DNA from: a virus | Lineage: Duplodnaviria; Heunggongvirae; Uroviricota; Caudoviricetes | Virus record (IMG/VR): IMGVR_UViG_3300032516_000008 | Span: 29,092 to 93,091 of that record | Length of the DNA stretch: 64,000 bases | Reading direction: 5' to 3' (one strand) | Part shown: piece by piece, positions 8,505 to 19,176 of the stretch | Numbering within the stretch: the stretch's first letter is position 1 | How the letters are laid out: each line of letters starts with the position of its first letter | Translations under genes and position numbers: made by a program | The notes under the pieces: model-generated | The model's database searches: none | Told to the model about the DNA's origin: nothing | The model's input: the letters and a program-made list of their open reading frames with translations, nothing else

Positions 8505-10961
8505 ATGAAATTTCTTGCTTTGATACAGAATGAATTTTTGCAGTTGCAAGCAAGCAGCATGTTCAAGACTGCAAAGAAGCAGTCTTTGAAGTCTTTTGAT
8601 AAAGAGATGGGTGAAAAGCGTGTGTCGAATCCGAGTTCTAAACGTGATAAGACACGTACAATAAAGATTAAGTCATTAAAGAGTGGCGATGAACGTCAAA
8701 AGGGCTTGTACAAACAGTTATATAAGCAATGGAAGGGTTCTAAGACTAAGAAAGTTGATACAAAAAAGCAAAAAGCTAAGTTGCCTAAGAAGCATCTGAC
8801 GCAATTAAAGAAAGAGTTTGAAGATAAGAAAAAGCAGCTTAAACCTAAGAAAAAATCATTGTCAGAGGCTGCTAAATATCGAAAATATTTAGAAAATCGT
8901 AAGAATCTTGAATTGCGTAAGAAAAAGAAATTGCCTGAAAAATCTAAAGTTGTTACAAATGCTAACGTTCCAAAAGAACAAAAAGAAGAAATAAAAGCTG
9001 ATGAATTACAGCAGAAGTTACAAGTTGAGAATGAACAGAGATTGAAAGCTATTGGTGACAAAACTGATAATCAATATAAGACCACAATTGAAACTGTCAA
9101 GAAAAATGAAAGTCAAATATATAGAGATGCAAGTAATTTGAGCGATCCTGCACCTCCAGATCCACAGAAATTGAAAAATATTCAGCAATATCAAGAGTCT
9201 TTAGATCGTGCATTAAAGGCAATGGATGTAGGTGATGCGCAAGTTTCAGATGTTGTCAATAGTCCTAATGTAGTAACGTACAAATTGAGTCTGAAACAGC
9301 TTTTAGATAAAGACAAAGCTAAGGCAATGCATAAGCTATTGTCGTCTGAAAGTAAGACCGTCATGAGTCATTTTATTGGTAAGAAAGAGAATGTTACTAT
9401 TACTGAAAATAGAGATACAGATACTATTGATGTTCATGTACCTAAAGGCACAGATTTAAGAGATAGAGATCCTGTATCGTTTAAAGAGTTGATTACAAAT
9501 GATGCGTTTGTGAAAGCTTCAAAAGATCCTACTAAATTGCCAATTGCGTTTGGTAAAGACGAGAACAACAATACAATAACTTACGATTTTAGTAAAACTC
9601 CTCACTTGATAGTTTCTGGTGCCACTAAATCAGGTAAGTCTGTGTTTAATCAGAGCATCATAAATTCAATTCAGATGGGTAAGTCACCTGATGAAGCCAA
9701 GATGATTTTGATTGATGCTGCTAAACAAGGCGCAGAGTTTGCGCAATATAAGGATAGTGAATATTTAGATAGACCTATAGCTGCTAATGCAAAAGAAGCA
9801 GAAGAGTCATTGCAAGCACTAAGTGATGAAGTCAATCGAAGAAACAATTTCTTTAAGAACACTAGTGGTTTGACAGGTATGAGCTTTAGGAATATTGAAG
9901 ATTGGAATTCGTTTATTGCTAAACAGCCTGAACAAATGAATGATAGTGAAAAGAAAGCGTTTGATCTAATACCGGCTGAGCAGCGTAAAAAAATGCATCG
10001 AATTGTGACGATAGTAGACGAAGCTAAAGATTTGTTTAATAAGGAAGTTAATCCGAATGCTGCAAGATTATTCAATTTAGTTGATCACATGCTAACAGTT
10101 GCTAGATCTGTCGGTGCTCACATGGTTATTGCAACGCAGTCACCTGCAAAGCAAAATATACCTGGAAAGATTCAGGCAAATATTGGTGCTAAGATGACTT
10201 TTAGATTGCAAAACAAGAGTGATGCTGAAAATATCGGTGTATCAGATGCTACAGATCTATTGATGTATGGTGACGGATATTTTGAAGACCCATCTATTGG
10301 TGGTGCACCTACAAGACTACAGACTGGATTCATTGATAAAAATGACGATGCAAAAATTACTAGCGTAACTAGAGGTGAACAAAAATTCATTGAGAAAGAA
10401 AAAAAGCCTGAGTTACCGACAGTACAGAGATTCAAAGCGACAGATGATCCAGTATATATTGAATTTCAGAAGCAAATGGCTGGTGTTCGTGAAAAACTTA
10501 ATGCACAACGCGAAAGACTCGAAGGACGATCAAAAGAACTTGATGCTAATATAGATAAAATACGAGCTCAGAGAGAAGAATTACAAAAACGACGTGAAGA
10601 ACGCCAAAAACAACTTGAAAAAACTCGTAGTGATCAAACTGACATCAAACGACAAAAAGAACGCACACCGTCTGATATTGATGTAGCTGAGCAGCCTGAA
10701 CAGCCTGAAGAGACTGACATTGACCAACTATTAGCTGATACAAGCAAAGGTCCTGAAACGAAATCAGAACCTGATATATCTGATAAGGACGCTGTTCGAA
10801 GAGAAATAGATGAAATTACAAAGCCTGAACCAGTAAAAGAACCTGTAAAATCTAATGATCCATTCCTTAAAAAAATTCGTGAAGACGCTGCAAAAAAGAA
10901 GATGGAACCTAAAAAGAAATCAATGCTTGATAGAATCAAAACACTACTTGGTAAAAAATGA
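8505..10961 (+). CDS. FtsK/SpoIIIE-family DNA translocase ATPase with Lys/Glu-rich N-terminus and C-terminal coiled-coil
   Basis: Walker A GATKSGKS, motif IDAAKQG (FtsK IDPK-like), Walker B VTIVDE, and VIATQSPA...ANIGAKMTFRLQNKSDAENIGVSDATDLLMYGDGYF, which parallels FtsK ATQRP...RIAF.V.S..DSRTILD..GAE.LLG.GDML. The N-terminus starts MKFLALIQNEFL. Confidence 0.85.
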   Translation: MKFLALIQNEFLQLQASSMFKTAKKQSLKSFDKEMGEKRVSNPSSKRDKTRTIKIKSLKSGDERQKGLYKQLYKQWKGSKTKKVDTKKQKAKLPKKHLTQLKKEFEDKKKQLKPKKKSLSEAAKYRKYLENRKNLELRKKKKLPEKSKVVTNANVPKEQKEEIKADELQQKLQVENEQRLKAIGDKTDNQYKTTIETVKKNESQIYRDASNLSDPAPPDPQKLKNIQQYQESLDRALKAMDVGDAQVSDVVNSPNVVTYKLSLKQLLDKDKAKAMHKLLSSESKTVMSHFIGKKENVTITENRDTDTIDVHVPKGTDLRDRDPVSFKELITNDAFVKASKDPTKLPIAFGKDENNNTITYDFSKTPHLIVSGATKSGKSVFNQSIINSIQMGKSPDEAKMILIDAAKQGAEFAQYKDSEYLDRPIAANAKEAEESLQALSDEVNRRNNFFKNTSGLTGMSFRNIEDWNSFIAKQPEQMNDSEKKAFDLIPAEQRKKMHRIVTIVDEAKDLFNKEVNPNAARLFNLVDHMLTVARSVGAHMVIATQSPAKQNIPGKIQANIGAKMTFRLQNKSDAENIGVSDATDLLMYGDGYFEDPSIGGAPTRLQTGFIDKNDDAKITSVTRGEQKFIEKEKKPELPTVQRFKATDDPVYIEFQKQMAGVREKLNAQRERLEGRSKELDANIDKIRAQREELQKRREERQKQLEKTRSDQTDIKRQKERTPSDIDVAEQPEQPEETDIDQLLADTSKGPETKSEPDISDKDAVRREIDEITKPEPVKEPVKSNDPFLKKIREDAAKKKMEPKKKSMLDRIKTLLGKK

Positions 10962-11425
10962 AAGATATAGAATCAGTAATCAGACCTTGTAAGAAAAAAG
11001 ACAAAGACAGTCGACCAGGCAAAGAACAAAAGGTCTGTCTATATACTAGTGACGGCTCTAAATTACTTGGTCGACATCCATCTAAAGAAAAGGCATTACG
11101 TCAAGAAAGAGCAATTCAAAAACATAAACACTCAAATACTATCAGTAAAGAATTTGCTAAAATGGCACTTAATAGAGCTACCAGTGAATGGTGGAACAGC
11201 CTATCAATTGATGAACAACGAAGACATTTGAAAGATCATCCAGGATCACACTATAGAATTCGAGCAAGAGATATTCCTATCGGAACGACGCAATTCAATA
11301 ACGGTCAATACAGATTGCTAACACATGACAAAGGTTGGATTGCATTTGACCAAGATGAACATAATGAATTAGAGGCTGAAAAAGAAAGAGTCAAATCATA
11401 TTTAGATGACAGCAGGAGCAAATAA
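10958..11425 (+). CDS. hypothetical protein sharing the W..LS..EQ..YL..HP.S motif with the 59.6-61.4 kb paralog family
   Basis: ORF with start overlapping the upstream stop (ATGA). Motif WWNSLSIDEQRRHLKDHPGS. Confidence 0.5.
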   Translation: MKDIESVIRPCKKKDKDSRPGKEQKVCLYTSDGSKLLGRHPSKEKALRQERAIQKHKHSNTISKEFAKMALNRATSEWWNSLSIDEQRRHLKDHPGSHYRIRARDIPIGTTQFNNGQYRLLTHDKGWIAFDQDEHNELEAEKERVKSYLDDSRSK

Positions 11426-14301
11426 TGTCAACACTTGACTACGGCACCGGAGTATCTAGAACACTACAGCCTGAATTTCACGGGTACGATACTCTAATAT
11501 TTCAAGATGGTAAACCTGTCCTTGATTCAGAACTCAATCTATTATTTGACGTCATATCAGACAAGTTTCAGAAATACATTTCAAATCAAGCCCAAAGCGG
11601 CTTCTTAAATACTTCATCATTTGCATTCAATGCCACTTGGTCAAACAAATTTCAAATGCCCCAAGACTTTGCATTCGTAAATGGCTGGCAAGTAAATGTA
11701 TTATCTTCTGGTACATCTGATATTAACTTGAGTGCAGCTTCACTTGGTGCCGGTAATCATCGATACGATTTCATATTCCTTGAAGTATGGAAGACGATGA
11801 TATCTGGCGGATCGACAGATTACAAACCAGATGCTACACATATTTACAAAGAAGGCAATGTTCAAAATGTCACTAGCACATTAGCTGATGACATTATTGA
11901 TCCAATCATAGCAGCTGTTTATCCTGAAACTACTAAGCGAGTACAGATTCAGTATAGACTTCGTATTCAAGAAAATGTAGCTGCTCCAAGTGCTCAAAAT
12001 TCAAATATATTTGATGCAATCACCTTTGCTCAAGGTGGTGCGTTACTGCCTGTAAACCCATTTAATTTCTCAAACATGGGTGCATCTACAGGTGATTACG
12101 GGCTGTGGAGAGCAGGTAACGGAGACATTGCATCAAGATCACAACTTAAGAGTGTTGATGGTTACATTTATGCCATTCCTGTAGCACTAGTATTTAGACG
12201 GTCAATATCACCTTTCATTGATGAAGATTTGAATGGTCAGCAAGCATCAGATGTTGTAATTGGCGGAATATCTGATAGACCTGACGGATTATTCAATGAT
12301 TCAGTGGCGCAACAAGATGTAATTGACTTGCGGCACAAACTTGTGTTTGGAAAACAGATTACTTATGAAGAAATTTTGAAGTCATCTGTACAAGAACTAT
12401 TGACTGGTCAAAACAATGTTCGACGACCAATTACTATTAAGTATGACGCATTTAGCGATGCAGCAATAACAGGTTATTCAATAGCTTGCGCAGCTGACAA
12501 AACTAGAACTACTATTAGTGATTTGCAAACAACAGTCGTGTCAAATGTTGTTAGACTTAATACTGTCGATACAGATTCTTCTCAAGACTATTATCGAGCA
12601 ACCGGTCTTGGCAATTGGGCTAATGGTAATACTATTGTAGTTAAAGCACCTGCAGGTTCTCCTGCTGGAACAATTATTCTTGGAACTGATGATGCTGGTC
12701 CAGGTACAAAACCGTATGTATATATGAATACTGTAGGACTAGTAGATGTTGTTGGATCATGGTTAAACACTGGAACAGCTACTGCTACATTTACATTAGG
12801 TACTAATGTTTCATTAACTAATCAAGAGATTTGGATTGTTTACGATGTACAGTATCCAAGTAATTACGGTTTGACGTTTGTACCAGACGAAGTACTATCT
12901 GTGAATTACGTGAATGCAGCAACTTTTCCTATAGCACAAATTGCTTACAATCCTCATAGTGGTATAGTTCGATCAGGCACTAACATGTCTGACACGTCAC
13001 TATATTCAATGAGACATTCAAAGCAGTTGAATTACAATCATACTGGAACTGTTAATAGTTATGCTGCAAATTATCAGACAGCAATGCGAAATAAACAAAT
13101 AAGTGTAACGCCGATAGTGTCATCAACTACATCAGTTAATGGTAGTACTCGTACGATGTTCGTTACAAATACAAGCAACACATCTAGACGAATATATTTA
13201 CCATTTGCTACAAATAAGGTGTGGATGGTTCGTGGTGTGTATACTACATCTACTGGTACTACAGAAATAGCGTCTGAGCCATTTACAGCGCAGAATCCTT
13301 CAATGATTTCAGGGCAAGTGTTTAGACATCCGTCGGGCGGAATTCATGCGCCATATTCGTTTGCTAAGATATCGTCAATAGTGTATGTACCGTTAGCATT
13401 GGATCTTATTATTGCTGGTTGGGCACCTGTTTATCGACAGAGTTCAAGTGGTGACATTGATCAGTTTGTGTTAGTGAATAGTAGTGGCGCAATTTATTCA
13501 CCGCCGTCATCTAATCCGGCAGATTTCCAGATGACGTATAAGAGTATACCTACTGCTAGAGTGAATGCGTATGTTACAAATAGCGTTGTTCCTGTAGACA
13601 ATTGGATTACAGTTCTTGATAGTGCAATAATTGTTGATGGTCAGCAATTGTGGATTGATATGGATTATATTGCTGAACCTCATGATGGAGCTCAAGTTAA
13701 GATTTCATATAAGCACTTACCTTACCAGGGTATGGTTGAAGCTATTGAACTTGATGCAACGCTAAAGACACTGTTAGGTTACGCTCATACTGATGGTACA
13801 GCAAATGTTACAGTTAATATTGATAGTAAGACGTATATTAGACCGTTGATATCGAATTTGCCGACACCGTTAGATGTTGAGCATTTGACGAAGGGTGATT
13901 CAATAACTGGTGTTGCTAGTCTTGGAAAGTTTGCATCAGTTGATGTATGTCATAGTGTTGCAAGTTTGTTAGAGTATGCGACAAGTTCACAGTCAGTTTT
14001 GAAGATAGATGATGTGATAACTGCTAGATACAATGCAGGTTTGAATGCAGTTGAGCGTGGCGGTAATGAGGCAACGTCATTGAAGTCAATAATGATGATG
14101 CCGTTAGTAGTTGCAAATTATAAGCAAGTAGCAGTGTTTGGAATAGCTGTTGCTTCTACAGGATTTGCAATGAAGAATGAGTTAGTGTTGTATGTGTGGA
14201 CATATTCGAACAATGATGCTGCGAATCAGTTGACATCAGCAGATATAACTCATATTGGTGTAGATTTTTACTTCATAAAGAATAGACCGTTAATTAGATA
14301 A
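11425..14301 (+). CDS. 958-aa putative virion structural protein (tail fibre or receptor-binding candidate)
   Basis: Long ORF with Ser/Thr/Asn-rich beta-type sequence, followed by an intrinsic terminator. Located among structural genes. Confidence 0.35.
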   Translation: MSTLDYGTGVSRTLQPEFHGYDTLIFQDGKPVLDSELNLLFDVISDKFQKYISNQAQSGFLNTSSFAFNATWSNKFQMPQDFAFVNGWQVNVLSSGTSDINLSAASLGAGNHRYDFIFLEVWKTMISGGSTDYKPDATHIYKEGNVQNVTSTLADDIIDPIIAAVYPETTKRVQIQYRLRIQENVAAPSAQNSNIFDAITFAQGGALLPVNPFNFSNMGASTGDYGLWRAGNGDIASRSQLKSVDGYIYAIPVALVFRRSISPFIDEDLNGQQASDVVIGGISDRPDGLFNDSVAQQDVIDLRHKLVFGKQITYEEILKSSVQELLTGQNNVRRPITIKYDAFSDAAITGYSIACAADKTRTTISDLQTTVVSNVVRLNTVDTDSSQDYYRATGLGNWANGNTIVVKAPAGSPAGTIILGTDDAGPGTKPYVYMNTVGLVDVVGSWLNTGTATATFTLGTNVSLTNQEIWIVYDVQYPSNYGLTFVPDEVLSVNYVNAATFPIAQIAYNPHSGIVRSGTNMSDTSLYSMRHSKQLNYNHTGTVNSYAANYQTAMRNKQISVTPIVSSTTSVNGSTRTMFVTNTSNTSRRIYLPFATNKVWMVRGVYTTSTGTTEIASEPFTAQNPSMISGQVFRHPSGGIHAPYSFAKISSIVYVPLALDLIIAGWAPVYRQSSSGDIDQFVLVNSSGAIYSPPSSNPADFQMTYKSIPTARVNAYVTNSVVPVDNWITVLDSAIIVDGQQLWIDMDYIAEPHDGAQVKISYKHLPYQGMVEAIELDATLKTLLGYAHTDGTANVTVNIDSKTYIRPLISNLPTPLDVEHLTKGDSITGVASLGKFASVDVCHSVASLLEYATSSQSVLKIDDVITARYNAGLNAVERGGNEATSLKSIMMMPLVVANYKQVAVFGIAVASTGFAMKNELVLYVWTYSNNDAANQLTSADITHIGVDFYFIKNRPLIR

Positions 14302-14325
14302 AATTGAATAATTTGATTAGAATTA

Positions 14326-14349
14326 GCCAGCGAAATGCTGGCTTTTTTA
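14326..14349 (+). terminator. rho-independent terminator
   Basis: GCCAGC-gaaat-GCTGGC hairpin followed by TTTTTT. Confidence 0.7.
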
Positions 14350-14389
14350 TGTGAAAAATCATAGCTTTTTTGCATGACTTATTGTTATT

Positions 14390-15841
14390 ATGATCAAAAT
14401 TGAAGTCAACAACATAAACAGCAAAATAGTTGGTAACATTGACAATACCATAATCTATGACCTATATGCTGCGATGACATACAAGACAAGCGAGTTCAAT
14501 GGATTCAACTTTGTCACAATTGATCATGTTCTATACAACAGACAAAAACAATCTTTTCCCACTGGACTATTTTCAAAAGCAGCTGATGTTCTTGAAACTC
14601 ACAAGATTGATTACGATGTCATTGACAATAGACTAAAACCTGCTACAAACAAACCATTAAAACTACACGCTAAACTTAGACCTTACCAAACTGACATCGT
14701 TGAAGCCGCTATTGATCATCAGCGATTTGTAATTCAAGTAGCAACTGGCGGCGGTAAAACAGTTATTGCCGGTGCTATTCTTGCTAAATTGAATATGCCG
14801 TCAATATTTGTAGTGCATACTGGTGATTTATTTGAGCAAGCTTATGATGACTTGACTCAATTATTACAGATCCCTATAGGTAAAATTGGCGGTGGTGAAT
14901 GTGATATCAAAAAAATCAATGTTTGTATGGTTCAGACAATTCATGCAGTGTTAGGTAAAGAATACGTGCCATTTGATGAAGTTGAAAAAGAGCAGATGGA
15001 AAATGACACTATCGTCAAGAAAAGCTATTTGAGAAATGATAGCATTAAGAGATTTTTGCAAACTGTTCAATGCATTATGGTTGACGAGTGCCACCACTTG
15101 TCGGCAAATTCGTATGTCGAAACAATGAAAGTCTGTAAAAGCAGTTATTTCAGAGGAGGTCTCTCTGCTACCCCTGAAACCGGCACTGGTCGTGACATGG
15201 TACTGCAAGCTTATGCTGGAAGCATTGTGGCACAAGTTTCTGCATCATACTTGATTGAGCACGAGTATTTAGTGAGACCGAAGATTTATTATTTGCAGGG
15301 GTCAAAAAATGCAGCATATAAGTTTAGTAGGAAAAAGTACAAGACGATTTACAAACTGTATATTGTCAACAATACATATAGAAATCAGTTGATAGTAGAT
15401 TGCGTTAAGCGACTTCATGGTCTTAACAAATCCATCTTGATAACAGTTACTACAAAAAATCATGGTCATTTGTTATTAAAAATGATACGAGCGATTGACG
15501 GTATATCGTGCGAGTTCATATACAGTCATGTTGACAAAATGCTGAGAAAGAAGTATATTGACCAAGTTAGAAATAAGCAGCTAGACGTGATTTTAGGGAC
15601 GTCCTTAGCCGATGAGGGTTTGAATATACCCGCGCTTGATTCACTGATATTAGCAGGTGGTGGTAAATCACCGACAAGAGTGATACAGAGAATAGGTCGG
15701 ACATTGAGATTGTCAGATGGCAAAACAGAGGCTATCGTGATAGACTTTAAGGATAATTTACGGTACTTGATTGGACATTACAAGAAGCGTCGAGCAATTT
15801 GTGAGCAAGAGAGACAGTTCCAACTGATTGATAGCTTTTAA
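14390..15841 (+). CDS. SF2 DEAD/DEAH-box helicase (type III restriction Res-like)
   Basis: Walker A VATGGGKT, DEAH box MVDECHHL, helicase C-terminal motifs QRIGRTLR. Confidence 0.8.
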   Translation: MIKIEVNNINSKIVGNIDNTIIYDLYAAMTYKTSEFNGFNFVTIDHVLYNRQKQSFPTGLFSKAADVLETHKIDYDVIDNRLKPATNKPLKLHAKLRPYQTDIVEAAIDHQRFVIQVATGGGKTVIAGAILAKLNMPSIFVVHTGDLFEQAYDDLTQLLQIPIGKIGGGECDIKKINVCMVQTIHAVLGKEYVPFDEVEKEQMENDTIVKKSYLRNDSIKRFLQTVQCIMVDECHHLSANSYVETMKVCKSSYFRGGLSATPETGTGRDMVLQAYAGSIVAQVSASYLIEHEYLVRPKIYYLQGSKNAAYKFSRKKYKTIYKLYIVNNTYRNQLIVDCVKRLHGLNKSILITVTTKNHGHLLLKMIRAIDGISCEFIYSHVDKMLRKKYIDQVRNKQLDVILGTSLADEGLNIPALDSLILAGGGKSPTRVIQRIGRTLRLSDGKTEAIVIDFKDNLRYLIGHYKKRRAICEQERQFQLIDSF

Positions 15842-15939
15842 CTTCAGATAATCCTTCCTTAATCACTGCTACGTATACTGCTTATTTGACCACAAGTTTG
15901 TGTAAAGTTATCGACAATTTTTGCCAATAAGTACTCATA

Positions 15940-16857
15940 ATGACGTATTTTGATATCGAAACAGTCATCTTAGAAAAGTATATCAATGAATTAAGCAGTG
16001 ATGCGTTCAAAGTCCTACTTAAAATGATCTATCTTGCTCGCACAGTAAGTGACGATGTGAGTATTCGTAATGCTAAAACATTACGAAAAACTATAGGCAT
16101 CAACATCACTTCTGCTGACAGTGTTTGGAAAGAATTAGTCAATTACGGTATTGTAATTGAAAAAGAACATGAAAATGCTATAACATATGTTTTGAATGGT
16201 AGAAAGATTAGACAAGACAATTCTGAATTTTCAGCTAAAGATCATCTTAGAAATATTAGAGTAACTGTTTTCACAGATGAACAAAAGCAAGAAGAACAAA
16301 AACAAGTATCTGATGAATTTATCAAGCAGAAAATTCAGCTTGTACTTTCTAAACCTAGCAGCATTCTAATAGAATCACTACTTAAGACAATCAAACTAAT
16401 ACAGCGACATTGTATGGAGAGAGACAAGCGGTTTACTGTTGGCACTATTGCACAGTTTTTACTCGACATGTCGAATTTTGATGAAGCCATTCTAAATGAA
16501 GCTTGTCACAAGTATAATGATAACCCTAAAATAGCTGGACAACGAGGATTCAGATATGTCTTCAAGATGGCTGAAGGTATCTCAATGGAATTGCAAGACA
16601 AACCTCGTGTCAACAAAGAGGCTATTTTACAAGAAACAGAAAAACAAAAGCAATCAGGCACTCAAAAGTTCTCTATCAAACTAGCTACAGGTAATGTCCT
16701 CGATAATGCTATTTATCAAAAAATGCTAACAAATAACAGTGTTGATGAGTTAGTGAGATTGTGGCGCATGGGTGCTGACATTCTACGGACTGAGAATAGA
16801 GAAGATGAATTATTTTCAGACTATGAATGGCTAAAACTTGAGCATGAAAAAGTATAG
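15940..16857 (+). CDS. DnaD-like replication initiation/primosomal protein (winged HTH)
   Basis: N-terminal winged-helix-like region and C-terminal Y...I...W-type motif. Position is immediately upstream of the loader and helicase genes. Confidence 0.45.
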   Translation: MTYFDIETVILEKYINELSSDAFKVLLKMIYLARTVSDDVSIRNAKTLRKTIGINITSADSVWKELVNYGIVIEKEHENAITYVLNGRKIRQDNSEFSAKDHLRNIRVTVFTDEQKQEEQKQVSDEFIKQKIQLVLSKPSSILIESLLKTIKLIQRHCMERDKRFTVGTIAQFLLDMSNFDEAILNEACHKYNDNPKIAGQRGFRYVFKMAEGISMELQDKPRVNKEAILQETEKQKQSGTQKFSIKLATGNVLDNAIYQKMLTNNSVDELVRLWRMGADILRTENREDELFSDYEWLKLEHEKV

Positions 16858-16865
16858 TATAGACT

Positions 16866-17603
16866 ATGAATCAAAAGCGAAATTTCTTAGATCATTATTT
16901 TCGAATGTTTGAATTGTCAGAATTTGACGGTCTTCGACATGTCATAAAAGAAGAAAATAATGAACTCAAACGACATCTGCTACTAGCCAACATTCCTGCA
17001 AATTATCATTCGTTCAATTTCAATCATGTCATTGACACTTGGAGCAATGACGTTGCTAATGATGAGTCTATACAGAACTACACGCTGTATTACAATAACC
17101 TTGAAAAAGCTAGAGAGAATGGCACTGGATTGTTCTTCTCTGGTACACATGGTCTGGCAAAGACAACTGCTGCAATAGTTATTTCAATTGAAGCTATAAG
17201 ACAAAAGTTCACTGCTTATTTCATATCAATGACTGACTTGGTAGATTTCATAACTTCAGGTTGGAAAGATTACAACTTGAAATTGAAATACCAATACATT
17301 GTCACAAATGTAGATTTTCTAGTAGTAGATGATATTGGTCGTGACTATCATGTACAAACTAGCCAATCAACTCAATTTCTAGACAAATTGTTCGTCACCA
17401 GATGTAATCAAAAAAAGGTGACAATACTTACATCAATGCACGACATAACTTCATCGTCAACAATTTTCAATGAATCACTAGTAGCATTATTGAAGTCAAA
17501 TTTGATCGAGATACGACTTGTTGGATCAGATATTCGACAAGAAAAATCAAAAGTGCTTTTAGAACAACTTAGTCGAACTGGAAAAAAAGGCCATCGTGTC
17601 TGA
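16866..17603 (+). CDS. DnaC/IstB-like helicase loader ATPase
   Basis: Degenerate Walker A GTHGLAKTT and Walker B LVVDDIGRD. Located upstream of the DnaB-like gene. Confidence 0.6.
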   Translation: MNQKRNFLDHYFRMFELSEFDGLRHVIKEENNELKRHLLLANIPANYHSFNFNHVIDTWSNDVANDESIQNYTLYYNNLEKARENGTGLFFSGTHGLAKTTAAIVISIEAIRQKFTAYFISMTDLVDFITSGWKDYNLKLKYQYIVTNVDFLVVDDIGRDYHVQTSQSTQFLDKLFVTRCNQKKVTILTSMHDITSSSTIFNESLVALLKSNLIEIRLVGSDIRQEKSKVLLEQLSRTGKKGHRV

Positions 17604-19014
17604 CAAATTATTCACTGCAATAGCTAGCGAAAACAAACTACTCAAAAGTCTCATTAATCATGACACTATTGATGCGCAGGCTGCTGTTCGCAACATAGAG
17701 AAACTAATTGACAGCTGCGTCTCACCGGAATGCTTTACAACTGACTTTAGAAGTTGGCTATTTTCAACTATAATGATGCACTACCATTCGTATGCATCTG
17801 CCCTCACTATAGATCTTGTTAAGCAGAAAATAATCAAGAAGTACAAAAAAGAACAGTCAATTGCTGATGCAAAAGCACTATTTGAAAAGATACTAAACAG
17901 GAAATTTGAACAACAAGAATTAGAACCAATTGTTGACGAAATCAAAAATCTATTTCATATACGACAAATATTTGATGCTACACAGGGCGTATTATCAGAC
18001 TTGAAGTCAATTAAAGAAGGTACTAGAGATGTAAGTGCTGCACCGTTGATTCGAAAACTAGAATTAACATTAGACAAAATTAATGATCAAAGTACTCGTG
18101 ATCGTATTATTGAAGAAGATGCGTTCATGAGTGTTGATGATGATATTGCTGAAATAAAAGACAGACATGACAATCCGGAAAAATATAGAGGTGTTGAAAC
18201 TGGTATTCCTCCACTAACACTTGCTACCGGTGGATGGATGGGCGGAGATTTAATCACAGTGATGGGTCGTACAGGTCAAGGAAAGTCAATCGTACTATTG
18301 AATTTTGGATATTCTGCTTGGGAAGCCGGATTTAATGTATTGTATGTGACGATTGAGATGCCGATAATGCAGCAAAAACGGCGTCTATATTCGAAGATGA
18401 CCGGCGTTCCATACTTCAAAATGAAAAATGCCGATTTATTAACTGATGAAGAGCTGCTATATATTGAACAGAAGGTTAAAGAAGAAAGAAGCAAGCGTGA
18501 AAATGTATTCATGATTTTAGATGCACCATCAATGTGCAAAGCTAACTTCATTGAATCAAGAATTAATAGTTTTGAGAAATCAAGTGGCAAGAAGATACAT
18601 TTGATATTGGTAGATCCAATTTATTTGATGAAGCCAAATGTAGATGACGATGATCCTGTAGGTGCAATATCGTGGGACTTGAAATTGATGGGTAGAAAAT
18701 TGAATGTGCCTGTCATAAATGCTAACCAGATTAATCGTGAAGGTCACAAGAGGCATCTGCAAGGTAAAGATATGGATGCCATGGATTCGGCTAGTTCTGA
18801 TAGACTTGGTCAGAATTCGGATGTCATGTTGGGAATAATATCAGATGAACAACAATGGTTGAAGATGACAATTGTTAAGTATCGAGATGGTCGAGGACCA
18901 ACGTTGTTCCTGAAGAGAAAGTTTGATGTAATGAGTATTGAATATGATGAAGAATATAATGAGCATGACGAGATAATGAAACAAATTACAGGAGAGGCAC
19001 CGTCTGATGAGTGA
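17596..19014 (+). CDS. DnaB-like replicative DNA helicase
   Basis: RecA-fold motifs VMGRTGQGKS, YVTIEMP, ILVDPIYLM, NANQINREG. Length 472 aa. Confidence 0.8.
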   Translation: MSDKLFTAIASENKLLKSLINHDTIDAQAAVRNIEKLIDSCVSPECFTTDFRSWLFSTIMMHYHSYASALTIDLVKQKIIKKYKKEQSIADAKALFEKILNRKFEQQELEPIVDEIKNLFHIRQIFDATQGVLSDLKSIKEGTRDVSAAPLIRKLELTLDKINDQSTRDRIIEEDAFMSVDDDIAEIKDRHDNPEKYRGVETGIPPLTLATGGWMGGDLITVMGRTGQGKSIVLLNFGYSAWEAGFNVLYVTIEMPIMQQKRRLYSKMTGVPYFKMKNADLLTDEELLYIEQKVKEERSKRENVFMILDAPSMCKANFIESRINSFEKSSGKKIHLILVDPIYLMKPNVDDDDPVGAISWDLKLMGRKLNVPVINANQINREGHKRHLQGKDMDAMDSASSDRLGQNSDVMLGIISDEQQWLKMTIVKYRDGRGPTLFLKRKFDVMSIEYDEEYNEHDEIMKQITGEAPSDE

Positions 19015-19176
19015 TAAAGGACAGTTATTTGATAAGGCGGTAGTGTGTGACATAGTCGCTGCTGCGATTATTTTGTTTATGGTTGAAGAACGAAAAGAAG
19101 AAATTGATGAAGATGAAGTGGCAAACTACGTCATTAAGTCATTTCCGCGTATACTAGAAACAGTGACAGATGCTTA

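Noticed and set aside
14390-15841. Calling the SF2 helicase a restriction-modification Res subunit (defence system)
   Set aside because: There is no adjacent Mod methyltransferase. It sits at the head of the replication module (DnaD/DnaC/DnaB-like), so a replication or recombination helicase role is more parsimonious.
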